From assembly GCA_030390025.1 (NCBI GenBank), contig CM059431.1:114764001-114828000 (forward strand): a DNA stretch of 64,000 nucleotides, written 5' to 3'. The notes under the pieces were generated by a model. It was not told the DNA's origin. It did no database searches and saw only the letters and a list, made by a program, of their open reading frames with translations. This stretch comes from Squalus acanthias. Lineage: Eukaryota. A program made the position numbers and the translations under genes. The first letter of the stretch is position 1; each line of letters starts with the position of its first letter. Shown here one piece after another: positions 38,001 through 48,480 of this stretch.

Positions 38001-39662
38001 TATTGAGTGGAGGACTGGATCAGCTCAAATTTAATAAAAAGGAGCACTCTTTTACCTGTTTGAGAGTAGGGAGACATATCACCCTCAGCAAGTCAGAATC
38101 TTTGACCCACCCTCTCCCACAATTTCCTGTCCACTCTGCAGATGCTGAATGGCACCCACCCACAAATGCTCTAATCTGCCTGGGGGAGGGGGGGGCGCGC
38201 AATTACAGTGATAAGGCTATTAGTGATCAACACCACTGATTCAGATGCATCCAGTTGCTCCCATTAGGGTATCCTAGGCGAAGAGGTAATGGAGGAAGAC
38301 AAGGAAGATGACAATGAGTACACACCCAGAAATAACCTGGGAGCGGGAGTGGACAAGAAGAATTTTGCTTTCAGTTGCCTTACTGTCCATCCACGATGGA
38401 ATATCCACTCTCTGGTAGTTTAAGTAATACGCTGCAAATAAGGGCACCTGTTTAAATCACCATAGATGCATCCACTCTCTTGATTCTACCCCAGGATAGA
38501 AAGTGTATGTGTGGAAATGGGACAGCTTCTTTTTCTGGAGTGGAGCTTTCTGCATGAGCCTCCCTTTCATTCCCACCATCCCGGTTCCCTAGCTGCTGCA
38601 GAAGGCACTAGCAGACCAAGTGAAACATATTCTGATTACGCGGTCAGCTGTGCTTCCTTGTGATTTTGTCCATGACTAGTGCCAGCACCTCTGAAATGCT
38701 CTTCTGTATCTCTCTAGTACTTTCTCAAAAGTTCATCTCAGTGTAATACCCTCACCAAATTCTGTTACACAGTCAACTATAAAATAATCTTGTCCTGGAG
38801 GATTTTGGGAATTTTTTGCTACAATTTTGGATCCTGAAGGGTGAATTGGAGACATATCAGGTTGAACTGCAATACTGGACAAAACTGTATTAGCTATTGT
38901 ACTTGTGACTAATGTTATAAATGATGATATAGCAGTTAAACATTGGAGCAAAAAGGGATAAACACACATCAGACAAAAATAAATAAGCTTCACTTTCAAA
39001 CTTTGGAACACATTCCACGTTAATATAAACGAATAAATATACAATATATGTTGGCATTTTCCATTCTGTGGGCTCTCAAAGCCAATACACAAGTACACTG
39101 TGTTAAGTTCCAAAAGTGTCCTTGACACAAGAGCCAAATTCTGTGGTAATGATACCATCTTAAGCTGTTCTTTTCAAAATGAAGGAATTTAAAGATCCAA
39201 TAGATGAAAAACTCTTCATTCCTTTCAGAACAAAGTACGTAATAGAAACAAAACCCTTTATTTTGTAGCCTAATGGAATCTTTTCCGTGGTTGAGAAAAG
39301 TAGATGTTTCTCGACTTCCAGAAACAAAAGTTCTTTGGCAGCACTTTGACTGGACCAAAAGTAAATGTCAATGACTTTAAAAGTTCAAACTCAATAGCAC
39401 AATTGATATAAACTTACATAACAAACTTTGAATGTAGCTAGACAAATAAAACTTGGAAGATGAATATTTCATAGTGTGCCAACAGCAAAGTTAACTGGAG
39501 ACTGAGTGAGACACTTTGGGGTCGTCTATAATTTGTCAGAAAAGTAACCAACCCGTCTATTGCTAAGCATACTCTTTTCCAGCCTTGCCTTAAACACACT
39601 TTTGACCCCAACATAACTAATGTATTTCAAATAAAAACTAAATTCAGGTAACTTGTTAACAC

Positions 39663-39835
39663 TGGCCCGGATTTTGCGGAGGGTAATAACGGTGAACTGT
39701 CTGCGTTCGCAGTCATGACCCCTCTGAAACTGACCGCAACTTCAGGATGTAGCACATGCGCATCTAAAAGGCAGAAATCCTGAAGTTGTGGTCAGTTTTA
39801 GAGGGGTCATTACCCTCTGCCTGCAAAATCCAGGC
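39663..39835. mobile_element. Short MITE with nested inverted repeats
   Basis: Outer GGATTTTGCGGAGGGTAAT / ATTACCCTC(TGCC)TGCAAAATCC; inner 34-bp stem 39715-39748 / 39777-39810. Confidence 0.7.
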
Positions 39836-40084
39836 AGTCATTCACTGCTCGGACACTGGCTTTCTTCGGGGCCAGCAGCAAGCGCCTTTTCTTTGCTGCT
39901 GACCTGCAAATTACAGGTCAATTATAAGATAATAACGTTTAGAAAGATTAATAATAGCAGAATCCTTTCCCGCAGCTTATATACATTACAGGCAGTTTCT
40001 CTGTACAGCAGGGGGAACCAAAATCAACACTGGGTTAGATTTACTGTAGCAGGGCATCCAACAGCATCTGCCGACAGCTAGACT

Positions 40085-40780
40085 TGCCCCTGCACCCTTC
40101 AGCTCAAAATGCTTTTTGCCCATTAAGTTGTTGGAAGGTGCGAGCTGATAACAGCGCAGTGAGGGAACAGGGCACCTGGGATCTCAATGAACAGGGCATC
40201 TCCTTAACCAATGAGATATGAGGATTGGGAAATAAACAAAGACTGAGAAGGAGGGTGAATTAAAGCTGGTGAATTCAATGTCAAATGAGGTACAGAAAGA
40301 GAACTAGAGAGGAAAAGAAAGATTGGTTAAGAGAGCAAGAGAGAGAAAAAAGACAAAGGAAGAGAGAAAAAAAATTAAAATTTGACATTTAAATCTCCTA
40401 AAACAATTCACAACCTGAAGGAATGAGACTCCATACTTATAATAGTAAATTTTCGGTGCCAGAGAGGTTGATGGGCAGTCATCAACACTTATCACGTCAT
40501 TAAAAGGGTACTTACACTTGTGATTACTAGCCCTAATTACCTGTGGCGGGTTTAGTTCATAGCTACTGTGCAAATACACTAACTTCACAACATTCAATGC
40601 CTGCCAATGGTGAGGCAGACAGCAAAATGCTGTTTCCGTGAAGCAACTCTGACAGCAACCTTTGGATATTTGGCATTTAACCGTGCATCTGCACCTCGCC
40701 TGAAGTTGCTGTACAATTTACGCATAAATAATGGTGAGCGTCATTTCCCTCACCGTTATTTTGACAGCAACATCTGGCCC
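40085..40780. mobile_element. Non-autonomous element of the same Harbinger-like family
   Basis: Internal segment shared with 52440-52810 and (reversed) 23460-23560; right end resembles the 39663 terminus. Confidence 0.55.
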
Positions 40781-42399
40781 AATGTTGCTACGTGGTCTAA
40801 AGGAAGTGTCCCAATGGCTCCCCCATTCTACATTAGGATGACAACATTTATTTATACACAAAAGTTGAAGTGAAGAAAAGTTGCAAGTTTTATTCAAGAA
40901 AGACATTAACAATTTTTTTTGCTAATAGGTGTCTTTTTGTCAACAGATTTGTCTCGGACTCTCTACCCACCACCAATATAAACCGCAAATATACCCCTAC
41001 AAATGTATCTTAATAGCATAAATATTTGCAAATTAATGTTACAGAATATTTGTGATAAATATAATTGAAATTCTTGCATCTCGTTTGCATCTGTGGTCAG
41101 TGGACAAGTTGTCTACCACACTTTGAATGAAGTGCAATACATATAAAACGTCCTTCATACTTGCTCCCAGCCCCACCTTCTTTCGCTCAACCATACATAT
41201 TTCATTTCCTCTCCAACAGCCTCTCCCACCCAATCCCAGTACCCACCTCCAACATGTTGTTCCCATCAAACTGAATGTGAGGGTCATTGAGACAGACAAA
41301 GGGAAAGAGAGATTCAAGACAACAACAATAAGAAAGTCAGGCATAAAAGCAACACAGTGAGAAGTGAAAGCCAGAGAGAAAGGGGACAGAAGACAAAGAC
41401 ACAGCAAGGGACACAAAAATGAGTGGGAAAGCAAAGGCAGTTACATGTTTCACTTTGTGAGCAATGCCATGTAGTTACGCTGTGTGTTAAATGGCGCCTG
41501 TAACTATAAAACAGCAAATCTTATGACTTAAGAGCAATGCAAAAATAAAACAGTTGATCAGTTTGCTGCCTTTGTGCAATCTGATCAGGCCATGACCTGA
41601 ACTCGAAGTTTAACGCCTCATTTCTTATTGTCTGACTGCTCCCTTAAGCTGAAGTGCCATTTTGTGCATTATAAGGAGGGAACAAAATGGTGTGCAAAAT
41701 ATCACATGCTGCATCACTCAAAGATACCAACACATTTTTTGACTTAAGTAAGCTCAAGCTTTCCATATCCTAAATTTTTTTTTTTTTTTTTTTAAAAAGG
41801 GGGTATGGGTGGGTGGAATTGAATATTCAAGGATACTGCTGTAACACAAAACAAACAGGACAAGACCCCAGCTGCCGCTGACTAGAGAGCGAATGTCTCT
41901 GGGAGGCTGATGGGGGTGGACTCAGAGATGCTTAGGTGAAGGCAGGAGACAAAAAGGGTGACTTCAATTCTGCTGACATTGAACTGAAGGAAATAGATCT
42001 AGCAACTGATATCAGATAGGCAGCCAGATAGTATAGCAACAGCATCGGGAGTCTACCATGATGGAAGGGGGAGTGTGATTTTTTTTTTTCCTACTATGCA
42101 TGTTGAATTTTGAAAGCGAACAAGGCCTCTGAAGGAAACAAGATAGAAAGGAAGAGTAGGAGGGAAACAGGTTGAGCGAACGGATCTCTGGCCAATTGCC
42201 ACTCACCCTCGGAGGGAACAAGTGGGAGTGAGGAGAGTGTGGATGGTGATTCAGGATGAGATAATTGTGGACCAAGGATGGAGGATACAGGTGTTTAGCA
42301 GGTAGTTCAAAAGGGGAAGAGGTAGGGGTGGCATGAAGGGAGGTTGATCACAGGAATATGAGATGCGATGGGAGGAAAGGGCAGATTAATGCACAAGTG

Positions 42400-42760
42400 T
42401 TTTTTTAATTTGTTCTTGGGATGTGGGTGACGTGGGCAAGGATGCATTTATTGCCCATTCCTAGTTGCCCTGCAGATGTGCTGGTGAGCCTTCTCCTTGA
42501 ATAGCTGAAGTCCTTGTAGTGATGGTCCTTTGACAATGGAGTTAGGTAGGGAATTCTTGCGATGAAGGAATGGCAATGTATGCCCAAGTCATAACGGTGT
42601 GTGACCTGAAGTGGAACTTGGAAGGTGATGGTGTTCCCTCAACATTGCTACCCTTGTGCTTCTTGGTGGTAGAGGTTGCAGGGGAGGTCGGTACTGTCAA
42701 AGTAACCTTGATGAGCTACTGCAGTGCACATCCTACAGATCATACATAGTTCACCAGTGA
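42400..42760 (-). mobile_element. Older 3' fragment of LINE family B
   Basis: Diverged copy of the 58365-58720 sequence with T-rich start. Confidence 0.75.
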
Positions 42761-44699
42761 TGGATATTGTTTGAGGGAGGATGGGAAGCAAGCCACTGAG
42801 GGCCATATTTCCCAAGCAACGCCACACCAATGCGGCCATTGCTGGGTCCTTTCTCCCCTACAACACACCATCTCATGCCATTGCTGACCCCTCAAAGGAA
42901 AGAAAAGGGTGAGAAATTAAAAGACAGCCGAGAAAGAGAAAGCAGAAAAGGAGAGACGGAGAAACAGCAACAGAGACAGGCAAGAGAGAGACCATATTCT
43001 CTAACTTACCATGTACAATGCCATGGAAGATCAACTAGAGATATTAACAATCTTACATATACATGTACTTGTTTTTTGCATTATAAATGTCAATTTTGGT
43101 CGTCTGTTATGAGAAAATGCATTAAAAAATTCTCTAATTCTGGTGTTACTATATTGTCTCGTTGGAAGACATTTTTATTTTTGAAGAATGCAGGCAATGA
43201 CAGACATTTGGTTTTCCCGCTGACTTGTAAATGTAAACGACCCGATCATCGCTGCTGCAGCAGCGACCCACTTTTTTTGTAGGTCTTGTGAGCTGTCACT
43301 GGATTGACTGGTTCCGCTTCATGCCCACTAAAGGCAAAGAGTAGTAATATCAAGTGTTACAATCTGGTGTTACCAGTTTTAAAATCTGCCTGTTTCAAGT
43401 ACACAGACCCTACTGACATAACTTTGCTATAAGAATGAGCAGAAAAATGGATCTCCATATTTGCAATTGGTGTTCTATGGGTTTACAGACAACCGCAGGG
43501 GAAAACAAAATAAACAGGGTAGGGCAGTGCCAAAGAAAATACTGCATGCTTTTTTCTCAAATTCCTCTTCAGTCGGGTAAAAGCACATGTTTGTTGCAGA
43601 TATTGTAGACCTGTTGCATTCATTACAGCACACTTCTTTAAAAAATATAACCGTACAAATCCTACAAGTATACTAAAGATACCATGAAGTATCACTTTTT
43701 GGAGAGAGTGTAAAATTGTATTAACACTTGAAATATATTTAGCTATTGGTTTTAGCCAATTACATTGTAGAAATATAATTTATGCTCGTCTGCTTCAACC
43801 GCCACAGGAAGGAAACAGTAACTGAAAATAGTGCACACATTTAACACTTACTTGCAGGCAACGAATATTTTAACAAATCTAGCCTTCTCTAAAATTAACT
43901 GTTTGGGGTCGGGGGTTGGGGGGCACACAGTGAAGAAAAGGGAAGGCATTATCACTTAACCAGTTGTAAATGGTCCCTTCTCAGATAAATATTCGTTTAA
44001 CAATTACTTTAAAGTAGTATAGTTACATTTTGACAAATATAGAAAGAACTTTGATTAAAAGAGATACTTTGATCGGCTTTTTAAATAGCAGTAAGGAATG
44101 GTACACGAGCAATCAACGGTCAGGTCAGTAAGTAGGCCTCAAATATCAAGAAATGCAAATTGCAGTAGTAACTTACAAATGCATGGACAGGTTTACTGGC
44201 GAAAATTGTCACTTACAGCACAAGTTAAGACGAAGATCTTGCCAACTCTCGCTAAACCCGTGATTGCGTACGTTTGGATTTGTTTGTTATCTGGACTACA
44301 TTGCAAAGCAAGCATTTTTGACGTTCATCACTTGCAGTGTGTTCTGATACAGCAATGACTTTTTTTTTAAAGTTCATGGTCTTCCAAGTACGTAGATATA
44401 GTACCGAGTACTCAAGACTGTGAACCCAAAGAGTGGATGCTTACAGCAGATCCACATAAAATACTCACCATGTGCTGCCACAGTACTAATACACAACACA
44501 TCTTGCTTCAGAGGGGAACTTGAAAAACTATCGACAGGTCGCTGAAATGATCTGGGACTAAACCAATTCAGCAGAAGTAAAGCAGAAGCTGAAGGGGCTC
44601 TCCTAAATGATGGGAGTTCTCTTTCCACGTTCACCAATTCTCCCCCAACAACAAAAAAACCTACTTCTGCAGTCACCTCGTGGATCTTTAAATATCTGG

Positions 44700-45380
44700 A
44701 CTTCTATTCTAGATGGCAGGGGGGGGGAGAAAGAGAGAAGAATCGCGCAAACTCTTGTACTTACATGGGTTCGAGGGTCTTGGTGAGCCACGACTTGAGT
44801 GCATCGAGATTTTCTATCATCATCGTGATCAATCCTGGGGGAAGGGAGAGGGAGGGGGAAGGGAGAGGGGTAACAGGGGCCGAGCCGCCCTCGTCAGACA
44901 GTAACCACGGGGTAGAGAAGATGGGAGAAAAAAAGTGGGTGGGGAGGGGTGCCCCTGATCTGAAAGAGCGGTTTTGTTTTCCCCCCTTTGGAAGGAAAGG
45001 GGGGAGGGGGGTGGTGAGGTGGGGGTCAGAGTCCGAGCATCAAAAAAAAAGGCCCAAAACAAACAGCAGCTGCGGCGGAGGCTGCACACTCAACGTGTCC
45101 ACACGGCGCACAGTGCCTGGCCTGCAATTACTATTTTTTTTAAAAAGGCCTCCGCACTGGGGGAAAAGATTAGTGAGGGAGAAGATGGAGCTTAAAACGC
45201 GCGGCGTATTTCACCAGCCGGGCCCAAAGCGCCAGCTTAAAACTAACATTTCTGCTTTTTTTTTTCTTTCGGCCGCTCTCGCTCTTCGCTAGTTTGTTCA
45301 GAAAATGGCGGCTTCCTACTCTCGGCCCGGCCGCAGCTCTCGCGATGTTTCCCGCGAGAGGCGGGGCTGGGTTAGCTTGT
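44700..45380 (-). promoter_or_regulatory. RBM26 CpG-rich promoter/5' UTR with YY1 motif, CGCG (BANP-type) elements and GC box
   Basis: AAAATGGCGGC 45302-45312; TCTCGCGA 45338-45345 and TCCCGCGAGA 45350-45359; GAGGCGGGGC about 45358-45367; CpG density far above flanks. Confidence 0.75.
44765..44823 (-). CDS. RBM26: RBM26 coding exon 1 (MMIENLDALKSWLTKTLEP-I), start of PWI domain
   Basis: ATG at 44823; peptide matches the recalled RBM26/RBM27 N-terminus; donor AT|GTAAGT at 44764; 59 nt, phase 2; lies in a CpG-rich region. Confidence 0.92.
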
Positions 45381-45546
45381 TTGCAGTCTTGAGTGTCAAT
45401 TTAAGACAAGTTGCAAAGTGCACCCAAACCAAGGGAACCTCCTGCACTCAATCGATGGTGCTTGTTTCCAGCTTCTCCAAATTCATTGAGAACTTTAATG
45501 CTCAGCAAGGAACACTGGAGGTCCAAAAGAGATTTAAGCGACACCG

Positions 45547-46013
45547 AAAAAAAAGAAAGACTTGCATTTATATAGCGCCTTTCACGACCACCGGACGTCT
45601 CAAAGCACTTTACAGCCAATTAAGTACTTTTTGAAGTGAGTCATTGTTGTAATGTGGGAAATGCGGAAGCCAATTTGTGCACAGCAAGGCCCCACAAACA
45701 GCAAGGTGATAATGACCAGATAATCTGTTTTTGTTATGTTGATTGAGGGATAAATATTGGTCAGGACACCGGGGATAACTCCTCTGCTCTTCTTTGAAAT
45801 ACTGCCATGGGATCTTTTACGTCCACCTGAGAGAGCAGATGGGGCCTCGGTTTAACGTCTCATCTGAAAGACAGCACCTCTGGCAGTACAGCACTCCCTC
45901 AGCACTGCACTGGAGCGTCAGCCTAGCTTTTTATGTGCCCAAGTGCCTGGAGTGGGACTTGAACCCACAACCTTCTGACTCAGAGGCAAATGTGCCACCA
46001 ACTGAGCCACAGC
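45547..46013 (-). mobile_element. Full-length Deu-domain SINE just upstream of RBM26 promoter
   Basis: Reverse complement of 32020-32456 type; A-box TGGCTCAGTTG, B-box GGTTCAAGTCCC, intact Deu core. Confidence 0.88.
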
Positions 46014-46029
46014 AATCACTGAATTGTAG

Positions 46030-46605
46030 TGGTCAGGTCCAAAAAAAAATCAAAAAGGCTGTTGGATTGTTAGCCTTTCTATCTAGAGGGCTAAAATATA
46101 AAGGGGAGGAAGTTTTGCTGCAGCTATACAAAGCCTTGGTAAGACCACATCTGGAGTACTGTATACAGTTCTGCGCACCGCACCTTAGAAAGGATATATT
46201 GGCCTTGGAAGGATTGAGCACAAGGCTCCAAGGATTAAATTATGAGGAGAGATTGCATAAACAAGGCTTGTATTCCCTAGAAGGTTAAGAGGTGATTTAA
46301 TTGAGGATTTTAGGATTTTGAAAGGAATTGACATGGTAGATAGAGAGATGCTTTTTCTGCTGGTGTCGGGCAAAGGGACATAACCTTAAAATCAGAGCTA
46401 GGCCATTCAGGTGAGAAGTTAGGAAGTCTCTCCCACAAGTAGCAGTAGATGCCAGCTCAATTTATACTTTTAAATCTGAGATCGATAGATTTTTACTAGC
46501 CAAGGGTATTAAGGGATATGGCATTAGAATGCCGATCAGTCATAATCTCACTGAATGGTGGAACAGGCTCAAGGGGCTGAATGGCCTACTCATGTTCCTA
46601 TGTAA
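46030..46605 (+). mobile_element. CR1 3' fragment
   Basis: LLQLYKALVRPHLEYCIQF...EERLHK.GLYSLE; CR1 3' UTR. Confidence 0.88.
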
Positions 46606-47164
46606 TGCTTCCATGTTAATTGATAATGTATTAAAATTTATTACATCTGCATTCCCTGTCATTTTCCATTATGAATTTCAATGTCCACATTTATAATGGA
46701 AAGGTGGAACAATAGCTGAGATTTCCAAGCTTTGAGCAGGACGTTTGGGTCTTTCTGGCAGGTGTGGTTTTTTTTTAAGTGCCTGCTGACATCTATTCCC
46801 TAAGAGCCTTTCGAAGATAGAACCAGATGCTGCTCTGATGGGAGTTGGGGACCATAGAAGAAAAAGAATTATCCCAAGCGGCCAGACACTTTGGTCAAAC
46901 AAATACTGGAGGAACCAGAGATACACAGAGGAGCTCAAGGAAGAGAAAAGAGCCAATGGCAGCAATAATACCTTATAGTAAGTAGAAAAGCTACATTGGA
47001 CAATGGGAATCAGACTCAGGGACCTGCAAAGGAGGCCAGAGAGACTTGAATTAAACAATTATTTTAAAATAAAACATTATTTGGAAGGAAATGGCTAAGG
47101 AGAAATATTTACAATGGAAGAAATGGGAGAACTGCTGGACAGTTTAATTGATGCTTTATTACGA

Positions 47165-48480
47165 CACCAACAACAACTTGCATTTACATAGCGCCTTTAA
47201 TGCAGTAAAATGGTCCTAGGTGCTTCACAGGAGCTTAATCAGAAAAAAATTGACACCAAGCTAAAGAAGGTGATAATAGGGCATGTGACTAAATGCTTGG
47301 TCAAAGAGGTAGGTTTTAAGGAGCGTCTTAAAGGACGAGAGAGTGGCAGCAAGATTCCGGAGCTTAGGGCCGAGAAAGCTGAAGACACAACTGCCAATGG
47401 TGGGGTTAAGGAAATAAGGGATGCACAATAGGCAAATTTCGCAGAGGGCTGTAGGGCTGAAAGAGGTTGCAGAGATAGGGAGGGGCGAGGCCAGGGAGGC
47501 ATTTGAACAGAAGGATGAGAATTTTAAAATCAAGGTGTTGGCGGACCGAGTGCTAATTTAGGTCAGCGAGCACAAGGGTGATGGCTGAACGGGAGCTGGT
47601 GTGAGTTAGGATATGGATTGCAGAGTTTTGGATGAGATCAAGTTTATGGACGGTGGAAGATGGGAGGCCAGCCAGGAGAGCATTGGAATGGTCGAGTCTG
47701 TTGGTAACTAAAGCATGGATGAAGGTTTCAGCACCAGGTAGGCTGAGGCAGGAGCAGTGACAGGTGATATTACAGAGGTGAAAGTAGGCGGTCTTTGTGA
47801 TGGAGAGGATATGGGGTTGGAAGCTCAGCTCAGAGTCAAATAGGATGCTGAGGTTGCGAGTAGTCTGATTCAGCCTCAGACAGTGGCCAGGGAGTACGAT
47901 GGAATCAGTGGTTAGGGAATGGAATTTGTGGTGGGGGGCCGAAGACAATGGCTTTGGTCTTCCCAATGTTTCATTGGAAGAAATTTTGGCTTATCCAGGA
48001 CTGCATGACAGAGGCACCTGTACGGATGGTCTCAATCTTACTGACAAATAATTCCATGAGCTTCTCACACATGTTGTTGGAGGTGAAGGTGGTGAGGGGT
48101 TTAAGGAGAGCAAAGATGCTGGGGGTTATCTCTGCATTCCGGGATGATTCTGGAGTAGTGAGCAGTTTTGGCAGAGAGCAGGGCCCGATAGTGCTTGTTG
48201 TGGTCCAGCCAGATCTGGCAATGAATGGCTAAACCAGTTGTGCACTATAAATGTACAATTCTGTGTCCCTTGGACTTAAGGAACAAAAATGAGAAGTCGC
48301 ACAACACCAGGTTATAGTCCAACAGTTTTATTTAAAATTACGAACTTTCGGAGCTGCTGCTCCTTCGTCAGGTAGAGGTACAGTGATGGGAACAAAGATG
48401 GGGGACGTACCAGGGCAAACGACCAGGGTGGGAGAGAGTAATGGTTTTACTGGGGATAAGGGCATCAAAAGTGGAGGTTA
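47165..48480 (-). mobile_element. Decayed L2-type LINE fragments, interrupted by a Penelope terminus
   Basis: RNLSILFDSELSFQPHI..ITKTAYFHL.NI...RLDHSNALLAGLP; tail GCTATGTAAATGCAAG(TTG)n. Confidence 0.82.
48281..48374 (-). ncRNA. Penelope-like element terminus carrying a minimal type I hammerhead ribozyme core
   Basis: Minus strand TAC-CTGACGA-A-GGAGC-AGCA-GCTCC-GAAA-GTTC-GTA then AAATAAAACTGTTGGACTATAACCTGGTGTTGTG. Confidence 0.7.

Noticed and set aside
44709..44764. Pyrimidine tract and TAG 56 nt after the exon 1 donor as a mini-intron
   Set aside because: Shorter than typical vertebrate minimal introns; no supporting homology
2069..44823. Calling the gene RBM27 rather than RBM26
   Set aside because: Diagnostic segments (ALAKYV, RRLNHSP, GHYPVPTLSS, MRIVVDSESRKRTIG, FIKVYWHRE) and the NDFIP2 neighbour fit RBM26 as recalled
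44765..45634. Plus-strand ORFs of 175 and 109 aa at the RBM26 promoter
   Set aside because: Antisense to exon 1/5' UTR or running into a SINE; the ATG at 45305 is part of the YY1 motif
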